DNA of 64,000 nucleotides from Tubiluchus corallicola (GCA_030141605.1 JAQGDQ010000894.1:18952-82951), one strand, 5' to 3'; shown: positions 27,253 through 51,673, numbered from the stretch's first letter. The notes: a model not told the origin generated them from the letters alone. A program made the numbers and translations.

Positions 27253-28610
27253 TTAGGAGGCTTCGCTTGTTCAACATTGTACTGTGCCTAAACTGCATAA
27301 AATATAATATATACTTTTGCTGCATGGATTTCGGTATTTTTATATTACAACCCGCAATATAGTAGTGACAAGGACAGGCCTCGGGTGTTTTCCTAAATCT
27401 GAGCACAAAATGCGGAAAGAATCAGGTACTCGGAGATTAGGAATTTGAGCCGTAGGTGGATTGGACACGACTCGAGTTCAGAAAAAGCGTCGCTAGGTGA
27501 TGTGCAAATTTAAGAGCACCACGTAGGCTCAAGTCTGTTGTTCACACGTTTGTATGTAACTTTTTAGCTTACAGCAAAACAAAACAAACACAGAAAGTCA
27601 GAGCGAATTAACAACGAAAAGAAATGTAATCATTATAGATAATAAGAGTTTTAAACAATTATCAGACTTAACATAACAAATCACAAGACATCTTTACGCA
27701 CGTCTATTGTTTCATTGAGTTAACGTATGATAATTTTGACGTTTCAAAAAGTTTCAAGACACGTTGAAGATTTCACAAAGCACCCTGTTTTTAGATCTCG
27801 ATTTCTGCCAGCTCGACGTAACTACTCTAATAATTCCGGTTCAAAATACGACACTTGTGACCAAAAAGATCGTGACTACGCGTGGTCAAGGCCCCGGGCT
27901 ATTTTTCTGTCTTAAAAACCACACTGGACCTAGAAACAAACGTCAAATGTTGTGTAGGGGTACAGAGTAAACGTTTTTGTTGAGTCTTGGTTCAAGGACT
28001 AACGGAAAATAGTAGGTATGTAAAATTTTCAGCAAAAAAGTTACAAATAATTTGATTATGTAAGTTTTGTTTTAGAAGATTTGTTCTTTTCTTATGGTCA
28101 ATTCTGTGTTGAAAAACTGCAGTTTTCAGAACTATATTTTTTAGAAAATGTTTAGATCATTTGGCATTGAAGCTTTAGTGGGTCTATAAACTAGGACATC
28201 GTTATTGTTTAATTTATTAGCATTTCTAGCATAGATTTATCACGTGTTTTTCTAACAACTGTGATTCTGATTGATAAAAATACGAAATTTTGCAATTCTG
28301 AATCGACTAACGAACATGTGAACTGAATAAAAATCAGTAAACACATTTTCTTTTAAATGTTCGTGCATTTTATTCGTCTTCAAATTTGTTGCGTCAAATT
28401 TATCTTACGCAAAAAACAGATACAATTTTGTTAGTCAGACAATTTATTTCTGAAATGTGAGGTATTTCACAACCTCTTGGTTGAATATTACCTAATAGTT
28501 AGTTCTAGATGTTCTAACTGATACTGCTGTACTTACAGTATATAAATATAGGTTTAGGTATTAGGTCTTGTATTGTTTTGCAGTATTTCAGGAAATATAT
28601 TTTAAATTAA

Positions 28611-29074
28611 CCCTTTCAGTCCCAAATTATTTTTTTAATAAGAAAAATTTTTTTGGCCTGGTAATTTTGTTCAGTATGTCCATCTTGTTTACACATAATA
28701 ATTATTTTTTTCTACCTGTGCCCGTGTGCTAAATATAGCCTGTATCCCACGGGATACATTGGGATTCAATGTAAGCATAAAATGTGCTTCATTTTGCAAC
28801 TGCTGATAATTTTTTAAAGTATTTAAGACATTTAGTATGCATGCTATGCTCATCTGTACTAAGTCGTCTCTAAAGTACTGTACCTTGCGCAGTTTTTTAT
28901 GTTATGCTATGTAGATTTTCTAGTTTACCATTTTATCACCATTTTAGTCTGTTGTTATTGGCTTAAATCAAAATAACTATTAACAGATCAAATAAGTGTC
29001 AGTTTTAAAATTTTATTAATTTTAAAGGCAGAAAATATTCTCGTATCAGATGGGATACAATGGGTATGAAAGGG
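28611..29074. mobile_element. piggyBac-like MITE (464 bp)
   Basis: TTAA|CCCTTTCAGTCCCA ... TGGGTATGAAAGGG|TTAA. Confidence 0.8.
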
Positions 29075-29203
29075 TTAACATCTTAAACGCCAAAGGGTAG
29101 ATTATGAAATCTTGTGAGAATTACTTCATTGTATTTTAATCCCCTGTAAAGAATCGTGTATAATTATTTACCAAGAACCATATTGTGTGTTTTATAGGCA
29201 ACG

Positions 29204-39771
<10,568 letters not shown>

Positions 39772-40739
39772 TAGTGCCATCTAGAAAACTAGAGCTTTAG
39801 AAAAAGTTTATTATAAGTTTCCGTTTGTCAGCCATTATTCTACAGGCATTCACGCAGGGCCTAAGCCGCATTCCTAGGATGTGTGTCCTCTTGCACCTTG
39901 GAGATTTAACGAAGTTTGTTTTCAGTATCTGTCCGCATTGTGTTCTTCTTCAATTTGCCAGTCTAGAAACTCTTGACATGTATTAATTTAATTTAAACGA
40001 GTTTGCTCAGAATGACAGTCATGTTAAATTAAAAAAAATACAGTATTGCAAAGAAGAAATTGCTTTTGAAAGTGTCGTAGGGCGGAACCATCAGTCAGCT
40101 TCAGTGGCGGTTCGTAAATACAATTAATGGGGGTGCTGCTTCAGAAAATTTGTAGCTATTGTTTTAATACTATGTAAAACGAAACAAACATGTAATTATA
40201 ATGTTTAATCAACAAGCAGTTTTAGCCGCTATAATAGACTTTAATGTAACCACAGTACAAATTATTTTACTTTTACTAATGATTGTAACCTCATTTTATA
40301 TAGTTTATTATATATTCAGGCCTATATGTTACCTATGTTCTCATGTTACGTGTTATATAAATGTTAAATATCGTGTGTATAACAAGTAGGAAAAATGTTC
40401 TTTGAAATCATATCTGCAGTATTCGCATTTTAATTTTTCTTTAATTCTAGTTGCTACATATACCAAATCGCTTCGATAGTCACTTGACAGTTAATTTGAT
40501 TGCGAGCATTACGAGATTGTAAAATTGTAAATTTCCAATAAAAGGGTTTCATAAAATCGCATTTTGACTTCCGGGTGAATTTTAATTCATGGAATCATAA
40601 ATTGTTAATGTGATGACGACAGTGTCTTTCCCATCAAAGACTTCTGTTTCGTTGGGAAAACACTAAAAATGAAACAAAGTTTATTAGTTTTTTAACTCTT
40701 TTAATTTTTATTTTAATCCAATACATATAGTACTATATG

Positions 40740-41280
40740 AAAACCGGACGATTGTTTAGACTCAATCTCATTTTAATTTATTGTCCAAAATATACATTTT
40801 CTTGACTATAAAAGTTAGCGATTGTTTCTTATATTTGAACAATTAGCTTAGAAAGTTAATTAACTGCAACCGAGCACAGCTATTGCTTACGTCAGAAAGT
40901 AACCACAGTTTGTGCAACGGCAGGCGTCTTTTCTTGCCTCAAGCGCGTTTGTGTAAGCTTTTATGCTTAAACGTGTGATGTTACGAAAATGGGCTCTACG
41001 TCTTAAGACGTCAGAAACTAACACTGCAGTTCGTGATCATGGTTATCACGGTACCGACTTCTATTTGTCGGCCACGCGAATGTGATAGAAAGGCGCTGTT
41101 GCCAATCTTAGTAGATTCACTGAGCCACGCGTAGCTTTGAAAGTTTAACAAAATTTGAGTATCCGAGGTAATTATTATTTAATCCAAGTTTTGATGTAAA
41201 ATAAGCTGTTGTAGTTTTCAATATTTAGAGTATTCCTTATTCTGAACTAATGTTTACACAATCATCTGGTTTTCTTTTAG
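40740..41280 (+). mobile_element. Family B element, second copy
   Basis: Colinear with 31587-32120; ends degraded. Confidence 0.75.
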
Positions 41281-41855
41281 AATTATTGATAAAACAGGTT
41301 AAAGATTACTAACTAAAAATCTAAAATACTTATTAACCATATCTTGCCTAAAAATCATCAGATATGTTTCGTCAGTTTTTAAAAATGGAGACTCAAATGA
41401 AACATCAGAGTTTTCTACATCTACAAACTAGATTGTCATTTTTACTGGCGAGTTTACGATTTCTTAAATTACAGCAACTCTTCCTCATTAATGCTTTAAA
41501 GCGTGGAACGTTATTATCTGCACAAATACAAGGCACTCTCGTACCAAATTCATAATGTATTTTAAAAAATTTACTAAGAGCAACATTATATGCCGATCTG
41601 AGTTTCTCAATCTTATGTCTATTAGGTCTATCAAGCAATTAGTAGCGTGTTAATAAAAATTTAAAAAAATGCATGACACCTTTAAACACCTGTCTGATGT
41701 CGTCCTCAGTTGCAAGTGTTCAAAATGTGTAGTTAGCAAAGCCAGAAAGAAATGTAACAAACGTTATCGGGATTCAATACGTAGTGTTTACAGTGAAATG
41801 TATGTGGGCGGAGCTGAATGTCGGAGCAGCATATGAAATAGAAGTGAAGCGAGTA

Positions 41856-42302
<447 letters not shown>

Positions 42303-44078
42303 CTGCCCATTAGGTCTATTGTAGGCATTGGGCAGAGAGATTTGTAAAATAACAGAAATCTGTTGCCGAGACTGGTAAACACAGCAGTAGTCCAGCAAAA
42401 AACTGACAATGCTATACTAGTGGCTTGTCAGCACCGCTTCCGAACTAAATGGATAGAACTTTGCCGATTATTCAAAGCGGTTTATGTTCAATAATGCTCA
42501 ACCACTTTTAAATTAACAGAAACAATTCAGTGTTAACCCTACATAATACATCAATTACATCTTCGTTACCTGGATGGTCATAGCTAACAATGTTGTCAAA
42601 AACAGCTGAATTAGAGGCATGTTTTGACAGAATTGTCAAGGTTCACACACACAAAAAAGTGTCTAGACGACTTTCCTATGTATGTAGCGTTGCACTTATA
42701 TCTATAGACTACCATAGATTGCAAAAGTGTCGGCATAATTTGATCTTGAAGTCGATAAATTCTTAATACCGAAAACACATACAAATATTCTCAATAAAAT
42801 TTTTTATTAGCAAACAGATTTAAACATTTTTAACAACAAGCAGCTGCAGTTTAAATCTGCACTACTGACTTTAGCCACGCATTAGTGACTGCGGGCGACC
42901 ATGAGTCACTGTCTTGTTCTTTGCCAATAACTATGTTTTCACTGTGGTATGTTTATTAAAGAGGCTAGTGCTGTTGTAATTGTGTTTGATACATAACTTG
43001 TTTCTTAATACCAAGAGGCTTGTTACTTTTCTACAAAAGAGTAACGCATGTAATTAAATTAGTTTAAATCTTTGCAATGAAATTCATAAAGAAAATAATT
43101 ATGCCATGTAGCCTTCCAGTTTATTCTTCAATTTACAAGGTGAAAGCTGAAACGAATAAGTCTCCCCACAGTTTCGTTGCGCGCACGCGCAGTTACTGTA
43201 GGTCAAAGGTTAAGTGTACCACAGCAACGCGTCTTAGCTAGAACCGTCACGTGATATATGGGTAAAGCAAAGCCCAGTTCAATAACTTCAGTTGTTTTCG
43301 TGGACTTTGCTTAATTATGCATTAGTGTGTGCGGTATCTTGCTCAGGAACAAGAAAAAATGAAGTAGGAAAGGTTCTATAGCTAGCATTCGTCCCTTTTT
43401 TAATTATTAGTACAATAGCTTGGGCTACGAGGCGTCGTCAAGTGTACACAAATGCGTTGTCTAGTACGCTTAACCTTTGATCTTTTCACGATCATTACCA
43501 ATCGCTGGAACTGTGAAGGGCTTATTAACAGATGTTTGGAGAACAATAATGTCAGGTCGATTATTACGAAATAATAAAAAACTGTTCCAGACGTGGTTTT
43601 TGTTTGGCATAGGACTGTCTTCGGATCTACTGTTTTTGTCTATAAATGTTTATCTATAAATACCATCAGACTTATAATACGTAATTACATTATAAAGTAA
43701 CACTTAATTTTTCAATGATTCTGATTAATAATTAGAAACTAAAATTTTTAAATAATTACAATATAAAACATTCAAACGCTTTAATCCCTAAAATACAAGT
43801 AAAAATACAACGAGGAAAATAAGTACCTGGTCAGTTTGACTGGCGGATGAAAGCCTTTTCCCACAATTATCTTATAATTAATTATGCTAATTAATTTTAA
43901 TACTGGAGTTAAGCTATATATTAAGTGAACACTATTTTACGTTGTTTCGGAATACATTATGTACACAATACGATGAAAATTAATTAAATTTTCTGAGAGA
44001 CGTTTCATTTAATATAAAATGTTTAACGTAACGCCCCCTATGATAACGGTTACACTAAAGTGGTGAACTTCATGGACG

Positions 44079-44633
44079 TTAAGCTAGAGCTTGAACAATC
44101 CACGGATGTGACTTTAACCCTTCTCGAAATTCTTTTCTTGCTAAGCGTCCATCGTTGTCCAAATCTAGTTCTTCAATCAATTTGTCTACGCGCTTTTTTG
44201 AGGAGTTCTTGTTAAGTGGCGGATTTAATAAGTTACCAGTCATGGATGAAATGGCGTTGACCACAGCCAACATGTCAGCGTCCGAGATGTACTCATCATG
44301 ATCTAAATCGTACAGATTGAATGCCATATCCAACTTCTCATCCAAAGTGCCTCTAGATGTCACTGAAATTGCGATAACAAATTCTTCTAACGAAATGGTT
44401 CCATTTTTGTTTAAATCAAACAGATCGAAGACGAGAGCCGCAAACTGCGAGGCGTCTCCGTGTGGATAATGTCGCTGATAGGTTCTCTGGAACTGCTCCT
44501 TTATCAAAGTACCACTCGGACAGTCTTTGAGAAAGTCCTTATACCACTGTTGCAGTTCCTTCTCGTCAAAATGAGTGCATTGCTGAAGTTCGGATATTTG
44601 AGCAGATGTTAGCTTTGCATTATTGTTGCCCAT
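44079..44633 (-). CDS. Neuronal calcium sensor (NCS-1/frequenin-like), intronless CDS, 184 aa
   Basis: MG start, FDEKELQQWYKDFLKDCPSG (cryptic EF1 with CP), EF loops DLNKNGTISLEE, DLDHDEYISDAD, DLDNDGRLARKE, TSRGTLDEKL and C-terminal P.IVQAL typical of NCS-1. Splice acceptor TTTTTCTACAG lies 4 nt upstream of the ATG. Confidence 0.93.
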   Translation of the reverse strand: MGNNNAKLTSAQISELQQCTHFDEKELQQWYKDFLKDCPSGTLIKEQFQRTYQRHYPHGDASQFAALVFDLFDLNKNGTISLEEFVIAISVTSRGTLDEKLDMAFNLYDLDHDEYISDADMLAVVNAISSMTGNLLNPPLNKNSSKKRVDKLIEELDLDNDGRLARKEFREGLKSHPWIVQALA

Positions 44634-45190
44634 TCTCCTGTAGAAAAATTAACACAGCAAAAAGATTGCAGAATAAGTTCTTTGACGACTTCAGGAGCTG
44701 TGCGTCTGATGACAACTGACAAATCGTAGTTTTGGCTACTTGCTCAAAACTAATGAAAACTCAAAATAGCAATCACAAATTTGCTAACTTCACAGCGGTG
44801 TTTCTAAGCGTCTATGAACTTCAAAATCAGGCAGTTTCAATTAAGCCTGATACCTTATATTTGTTTGTATGGCCTGCCAAAGTACTTTATTAGAAGGCTT
44901 TCATGCTTGGAAACCTTTCAAAGAAAAACATCCGCGATTTTACAATGAATTAGGTTAAAATATTTACAAGAAACGCCAAACACGAAGCAGTTACACATTA
45001 TCAGCTGTAGGTTCCTATAAGTAACAAGATTATGATTAGTAAACATATTTATGATTCGTTTCATTATAATGCCCTCAGGTTTAAAAATGACGAGCTCGAT
45101 CTATATTGACAAAATTAAAAACATAACAAGTGAACTATTCAAGCAAACTCCGTTCAAACCTAAAAACATTCCCCTAATTTCGAAAGAAGT

Positions 45191-45811
45191 ACGGTGCGAA
45201 GAACAATGGGTCAAATTTTAGTGAGCAGAGCATATGGATTTTATCAAAATTCATCTTAATTCCAAACATCCATGCGTCCAGTCTACGTCTAAGCTGTTGA
45301 ACAATCGATCTCTCACGGTGCGAAGAACAATGGGTCAAATTTTAGTCAGCAGAACATATGAATTTTATCAAAATTCATCTTAGTTCCAAACATCCATGCG
45401 TCCAGTCTACGTCTAAACTGTTGAACAATCGATCTCTCACGGTGCGAAGAACAATGGGTCAAATTTTAGTCAGCAGAACATATGGATTTTATCAAAATTC
45501 ATCTTACTTCCAAACATCCATGCGTCCAGTTTACCTCTAAACTGGAGAACAATCGATCTCTCACGGTGCGTAGAACAATGGGTCAAATTTTAGTCAGCAG
45601 AACATATGGATTTTATCAAAATTCATCTTAGTTCCAGACATCCATGCGTCCAGTTTACCTCTAAACTGGAGAACAATCGATCTCTCACGGTGCGAAGAAC
45701 GATGGGTCAAATTTTAGTCAGCAGAACATATGGATTTTATCAAAATTCATCATAGTTCCAAACATCCATGTGTCCAGTTTACCTCTAAACTGGAGAATAA
45801 TCGAACTCTCT
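45191..45811. repeat. Tandem repeat 124 bp x 5
   Basis: ACGGTGCG(A/T)AGAAC starts at 45191, 45315, 45439, 45563, 45687. Confidence 0.97.
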
Positions 45812-46044
45812 CGTTTCTGTACGAAAAGGTTGAATACACACACGGGTTTCTCTGCTAGAACTTGCTTATATTTACCTTGATACATTTACTGGCCTTTACT
45901 CCATTTGAATGTCGAGACTGTAATGTTTTGTATATCGGAAGATGTCCCGTTATTTTGGTGTGTGGCCACATTGGGGTAACAGCAAAAACTGAGAAAAACT
46001 CTCCTGTCCACCTCACTCAAGTATCTTGGACCATTGCGCTCAGA

Positions 46045-46260
46045 ATGAACACTCTTGTTCATCTTCTGACTTCTCTATTATTTATAAAATTAGGATTGGC
46101 TCTGGAAATGACCTCATACGGTTAATGAAAGTATTAACATGCTCTTCCTGCAAACCAGGCCTCAATCAGGACTAGCACTTTGTGCCCATAAAACTTTTCT
46201 AATTTCATCTGTGACTCAGACATTGACTGTAAATAAAATCGTTTGAATCCTTCCTAAAAT
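46045..46260. repeat. ~215-bp direct repeat, second copy at 49338-49553
   Basis: ATGAACACTCTTGTTCATCTTCTGACTTCTC...GAATCCTTCCTAAAAT present twice with few mismatches. Confidence 0.9.
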
Positions 46261-46781
46261 GTGTTTCTGTTTCTGACTGGCTTCGCTATGCGCTGCTGAA
46301 AATCTGTCTCTTGGTGCTTGACAGACAGAGGGTATTGTTTGACAGAAGGTGAGATTTGAGCTGGCAAATAGATAGCTGTTTATTCTGGTTAGTAATTTTA
46401 GTTTATTTCTGTTACTTATTTGCTTGTCATCATCATAAAGTAGACTGGATTGTTCTTATGTTTCTTGTTACTTATAACTTACTTTGTATTTGTAGAATGA
46501 GAATGGATTATTTTGTTAACCGGCAACGTCAGAGTGAATTTTTAGCCAGCAACAATAACGGCATTAGTCTCAACCATAACTTTGGTGTTAGTTCTGTTAC
46601 TGAGATGGCTTCTCCATTTCTAAGTTTATCGTAAAATGATGACTTTTACATTGAAAATGATTTGGCCTTTTGGGCAATAAGTTTTAACTACTACATGAGT
46701 TTTTAATGAAAGAGTTTACTTTTAATAACCAGTTTATGGTAAATTACAAGTATTTTTCTAAATTAAAAATGATAAATTACC

Positions 46782-47435
46782 TTAAATCACAAGAAAACCC
46801 TCCAATTACATAAAGCTTCGTCTTGATATTTTATACCACTTACTTACTACCTTTTTGCATGCAGGGCTTGCATCGGCTGTAACGCTGTATAAAATGTGTA
46901 AATTTAAACTCCCGCGATGATCTTTAGGCGCAGCCATTTTGATGGTAGGTCGTTTGAAACAAGTTTTGATAACATTAAGTAAAGTTTGAAAAAATAATCA
47001 GAGCGTTCTTAGCATACATGTTGCTAATTAAGTAAAATTTTAAATTACTGTATCTTGTTAATAAGATTAAAAATACGTTTTTGGTTAGTGAGTGGCGCAC
47101 TCAGCAAGGTGAGTCAGCGACATTTTACCAATTGGCACAAACATTTTAAATTATTAGTCTAGTTACATAAATCTTTCCAGCAGGTAAATGAAATGCTAAG
47201 TAATATAGATTTGCACGGAAAGTTTTTTGGGTCATAATTTAACATTGCCTTTTCTTTTCCTGATTTACGTGGCGCAGTGACGTCATGTAATGGCGCCGTC
47301 GGAACAGTATTGCGGGAGATTTAAATTAAAAACAAACGAAAATTCCTTTCAACGCGAATACGATATCTGCATAAAATTGTTGTAAAGGCGATTCTTCTGA
47401 AGCCTACTTCAGGTGCCCCTTTTCCTGTCCTTTAA
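46782..47435 (+). mobile_element. TTAA-bounded (Kolobok-like) element family A, near full-length
   Basis: TTAAATCACAAGAAAA ... TTTTCCTGTCCTTTAA imperfect inverted ends; three copies in window. Confidence 0.7.
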
Positions 47436-47856
47436 GCAAGTTAGGTACGTTCTTTGAATGTCTTTGAGTTTCGGCAGACAGATAATGTGGATGCCGTTAC
47501 TTTGATTCCACTTTTTATTGATACGTAATTCTGCATATTGAAATTTAAATGTTTCATTATAGTTGATTTTATCTCTACAACAATTTTGTATATTTTTATT
47601 TTTGATTGATAGTTTTAGCTTATATAAAGTTATCAGTGATTTCGTTATTTTATCAGTAATTTTATTGTAATCAGTCGACTGAGAATACTAACGAGCAACG
47701 TTTTATTTTATAGTTCGACTTTAAATAAAATTTTCATTCACGGAATATTTTATCGAGCAAAAAAAGGATTTTTTAGACGAAATGTCATGGCTTTTCGTCT
47801 TTTACACTTACAACAAGAAAAAACTTGAAATTAACTAACCATGGTTAGAACATTAT

Positions 47857-48795
47857 TTAATTTTTTAATTCTATGTAACTCTTCAGGTTGTCAATGTTGC
47901 GCGCCAGTATATCGTAGCAGGTTCCCAACAAACGTTCAAAAGATTCACGGTCTAATTTCACACACTTTAATCTCCCAACAGCTTGTATCGTAGCTGCTCG
48001 CGGATTATCATACATCAGTGCAATTTCACCAAAATAATCCGAGCTACCCAGTCGACCGACCTCAGCTGGTTCTGCATCTTTGGTAGGACGCTGGAGGACC
48101 ACGGCCTCACCCTCAAGAATAATGAAGAAAGCGTTGCCAGGATCACCTTGCCTGATGACCTCCATGCCATCTGAGAATTGGACTGGTTCCAAAGCGTCAA
48201 TAATGGCCCATCGTTCCCAGTCAGTCAAATTCTCCAAGATCTTCACTTTGCCCAAAAATTCCTCATAAATCCTGCGTTTTCGCATGGTAGATCCCATGAT
48301 AATCTTCCTGTACGAGTCCCTGTCAATACCCCACACTTTCAAGGCGGATTTTGCTTTGACTGTAGCTGCTCGTGGTTGTTGGTATATGAGAGCGAGCTCG
48401 CCAAAGCTCATTCCTTCTCCTAGGGTAATCTCAAATTTATCATCCACATAAACATCCACTTCACCAGAGTCTATTATGTAGAAGTTATCTCCTTCGTCCC
48501 CTTGCTGAATGAGAATTTCACCCGGAGTGCACTCTCTCGGAAACATGGCGTCGAATATGTCACCTTTTTCGTCCTCGTCCAGATGTGAAAATAATATATT
48601 AGCTTTTATGGCTTTGTGCAAATCTTGTTTTGTCTTTTCGTCTTTTTCTATGACTTTCTTCATATAATTTTTAGCGTCTTCTTCTGTATACACGGCAGCA
48701 CTAATGGCCGATCGCCTGCCTCTTTTCGGTTTAATCACAGGCGAGCCAGCTGTAGTTATTGTGATACGTTCTTTTCTTCCAAAAATTTGTCCCAT
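47857..48795 (-). CDS. cAMP-dependent protein kinase type I regulatory subunit-like, intronless, lacking D/D domain, 312 aa
   Basis: Pseudosubstrate [15 protein letters not shown] (RI: RRGAISAEVYTEEDA); two cNMP domains with [15 protein letters not shown] and [15 protein letters not shown]. Confidence 0.93.
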   Translation of the reverse strand: MGQIFGRKERITITTAGSPVIKPKRGRRSAISAAVYTEEDAKNYMKKVIEKDEKTKQDLHKAIKANILFSHLDEDEKGDIFDAMFPRECTPGEILIQQGDEGDNFYIIDSGEVDVYVDDKFEITLGEGMSFGELALIYQQPRAATVKAKSALKVWGIDRDSYRKIIMGSTMRKRRIYEEFLGKVKILENLTDWERWAIIDALEPVQFSDGMEVIRQGDPGNAFFIILEGEAVVLQRPTKDAEPAEVGRLGSSDYFGEIALMYDNPRAATIQAVGRLKCVKLDRESFERLLGTCYDILARNIDNLKSYIELKN

Positions 48796-49733
48796 TGTAA
48801 CTTTAAAAGTGGCACTGTTTAGGCTAGTTGCGTTTCTTTCTTTCTGGGCAATATGCTACGTGAGTATCCTGTCTGCTTTCATCAGAAAGGTAAATGTTTG
48901 CACCACTTATATTCAGTAAACAAGGCACGTACACGCGTTTATGAGTTTGGTGATTTATATTCTCGCATAATGATCTTTAAATACAGAAAGCGTGGATGCG
49001 CGTTCCGGTAAAATAACGAGGCATTTATTCGCCTCATCGATTTCTTCCATTTATAAATACATAATTAATGATTCCGGAGCTTTTAAAATATACTGCAAAC
49101 CAGCTATAAGTTGGGCATTGTAAGGCTGTGGACTGATCCTAAAGTCAATATAGGCAAATGATAAGACTGACGTTTACAGTGAATGAGAAAGAAGAGATTA
49201 ATGGTAGGATGATGAATGTTCCAAAGTGCAAGCTAGACTAAATACAGCATAGTAAATGTTTCCCTTATGCATGTAAACAAACGCAGAACTACTTATTCTT
49301 CTAATTGTGGAGTTTACAGCAGTTTAGGTGTCATCACATGAACACTCTTGTTCATCTTCTGACTTCTCTATTATTTATAAAATTAGGATTGGCTCTGGAA
49401 AAGACGTCATACGGTTGGTGAAAGTATTAACATACTTCTCCTGCAAACCAGGCCTCAGTCAGGACTAGCACTTTGTTCCCATAAAACTTTACTAATTTGA
49501 TCTGTGACTCAGGCATTGACTGTAAATAAAATCGTTTGAATCCTTCCTAAAATTCTCTTTATATATATATATATATATCCTGACTTTCTCGGAACACTAA
49601 CTTTGTGGAACTTGCAGGAATTTGACTCTGACTGTAACCTTTTCTAATGTAAATTAAATGAAAATTCATAAGGCAACACTGAGCTTAATTTCCCTACTGA
49701 ACACGAGGCAGATTACATGTCCCGTTTCTAACT

Positions 49734-50300
49734 TAGTTTAAACATAATTTATTATAGGATTGGATCAGACAGTTGAACAACATGATTTAGGATCCTCACC
49801 ACAACAGACTTTATACACCTTTTACAAAAACATTTACAGCAAGAATAGACTATAACTATACAAGCTGACAAGTTTTACTACAAGAATACATTAGACATTA
49901 GTAGAAAATGACGGTTAGAAAATATTAATGTACGAATATTTAAGACTGATGCATTTCATATCAGATAGAAACTACTGGAAGCGTTTAGTACGTAATGTAT
50001 ACATTGGAATATTTTACAGTTAGCAACATCTTTTCCGAATAATAACAACTTCAACAGATCAATAGTTCCTAAGGCAGCTATATGAAGATTTTTCGGGCAG
50101 AAGTATTTCATTTAATTTATCAAAAATAACAACCCTAGTTTGTTGATACAATGGGTAGTGCAACAAAAAGTGTTCAACAGACTCAAATCGAAATCCACAG
50201 TTACAATTCGGCAATATTGGATGACCGTTATTATCTTTACAGTCTTTAGAGAAAAGGTCATAGTTTAGCTGAGAAAATCCGATTCTCATGCGCGTATTCT
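49734..50300 (-). mobile_element. 3' fragment of a non-LTR retrotransposon
   Basis: Degenerate C-terminal zinc-knuckle-like peptide CNCG...ESVEHFLLHYPLY, then 3' UTR ending AATAAATTATGTTTAAACTAA; second copy at 54152-54615. Confidence 0.75.
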
Positions 50301-50559
50301 AACTTATTATGATAGACCTCAGCGGGAAATCCAAAAATCGAGCAGATTATAATTTAGATAATAATTTCGTAAATTCATTGAAATTCCAGACTTTTTTCTG
50401 TTTGACAATTAAATAATCATAAAGTGAGTGTTTGTGACAACACATATACTCGCCAGCAAACCCTCCGTTACTCATACATGTTATATTATTTTAGACATTT
50501 TAGCATAAACCAATTCCAGGAATCATAGTTGCTTATAATCAAAGACGATTGCAAATAAT

Positions 50560-50750
50560 TTCACTATCACGCATGCGCATTATTTTTACCTGAACAATTC
50601 CAGTAAACAAATTTTGTAAACAAACATACACAGGAAATAAATAATTTTCGAAACTTTCACTATCACGCATGCGCCTTATTTTTGCCTGAACAATTCCAGT
50701 AAATAAATTTTGTAAACAAACGTACACAGCAAATAAATAATTTTCGAAAC
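50560..50750. repeat. Tandem duplication ~95 bp x 2
   Basis: TTTCACTATCACGCATGCGC...AATAATTTTCGAAAC twice; related fragment near 56403-56457. Confidence 0.85.
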
Positions 50751-51034
50751 AGTTTCAAGAAAAGGAATTGTCATAAAATATCTAACGTAAATGTTTTCTT
50801 GTTATTGAAATAAATTTCGCCGCATTGCTTAAGAAGAGTATTTACGACTCTTTATTTTACGATGTCTTGTGCAATGGAGCGTCGAAGAACTAGCGAAATA
50901 TAAACGAAATTCACCGAAGTTCTTTTATCGTGTTTTCTACCTGGTAGCATTGATAGATTCGCAAAAACAAGCGAAATTCACTGAAATTCAGACACCATAG
51001 CAAGTTGTCCAACCAATTAGAGATTTTGAAATCG

Positions 51035-51042
51035 TATAAATA
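51035..51042 (+). promoter_or_regulatory. Putative TATA box of gene 4
   Basis: TATAAATA followed ~25 nt later by CAGTCAGT (Inr-like) and a donor GTAAGT at ~51145 (non-coding first exon). Confidence 0.45.
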
Positions 51043-51620
51043 AGATGAGAACATCACAGTCAGTCAATAATCGAAGATCAGAAGTTGATCAGAGAAATCT
51101 AGAAGAGCTTATACGGAGCAACAAGAGAGTCAAAAGCAAATAATGTAAGTGCAAATTATACAATTAAATTCTACTTTTTTAAATATTTTTTGATGTGGTT
51201 TGTTTTGCTTATAAAAATGATTTTTTACATAGACGAGTGCAACACTGACTCCAAAACATTTTTAATTCATAAATTTAAATTTTTTAAAAAAATTCTTATA
51301 ATTTCGTTTTTTTATGTTAATGTTACTACTCCATTAATGCCAATAGACATTGTCATTTCTTAGAGTCTTGGAAATAATTTTTGGCAAAGCTTTTAAATAT
51401 TACAAGTCTAAATATTACATTAATTTACTAATGGCTTCTTATATATATATATATATTACCTAAGTATTAACTAATGAACTAGTCGTGTTTTTGAATTAAA
51501 TATTTTGAGTTATTACATACATGATCTAACTAATTGTATATTTCTTCACAGCACATAGTGCAAGTACTGTGATCAGTAACAGTTACTGTGTTGTAAATCC
51601 ACTCAAAATAAACAAAATAA

Positions 51621-51673
<53 letters not shown>

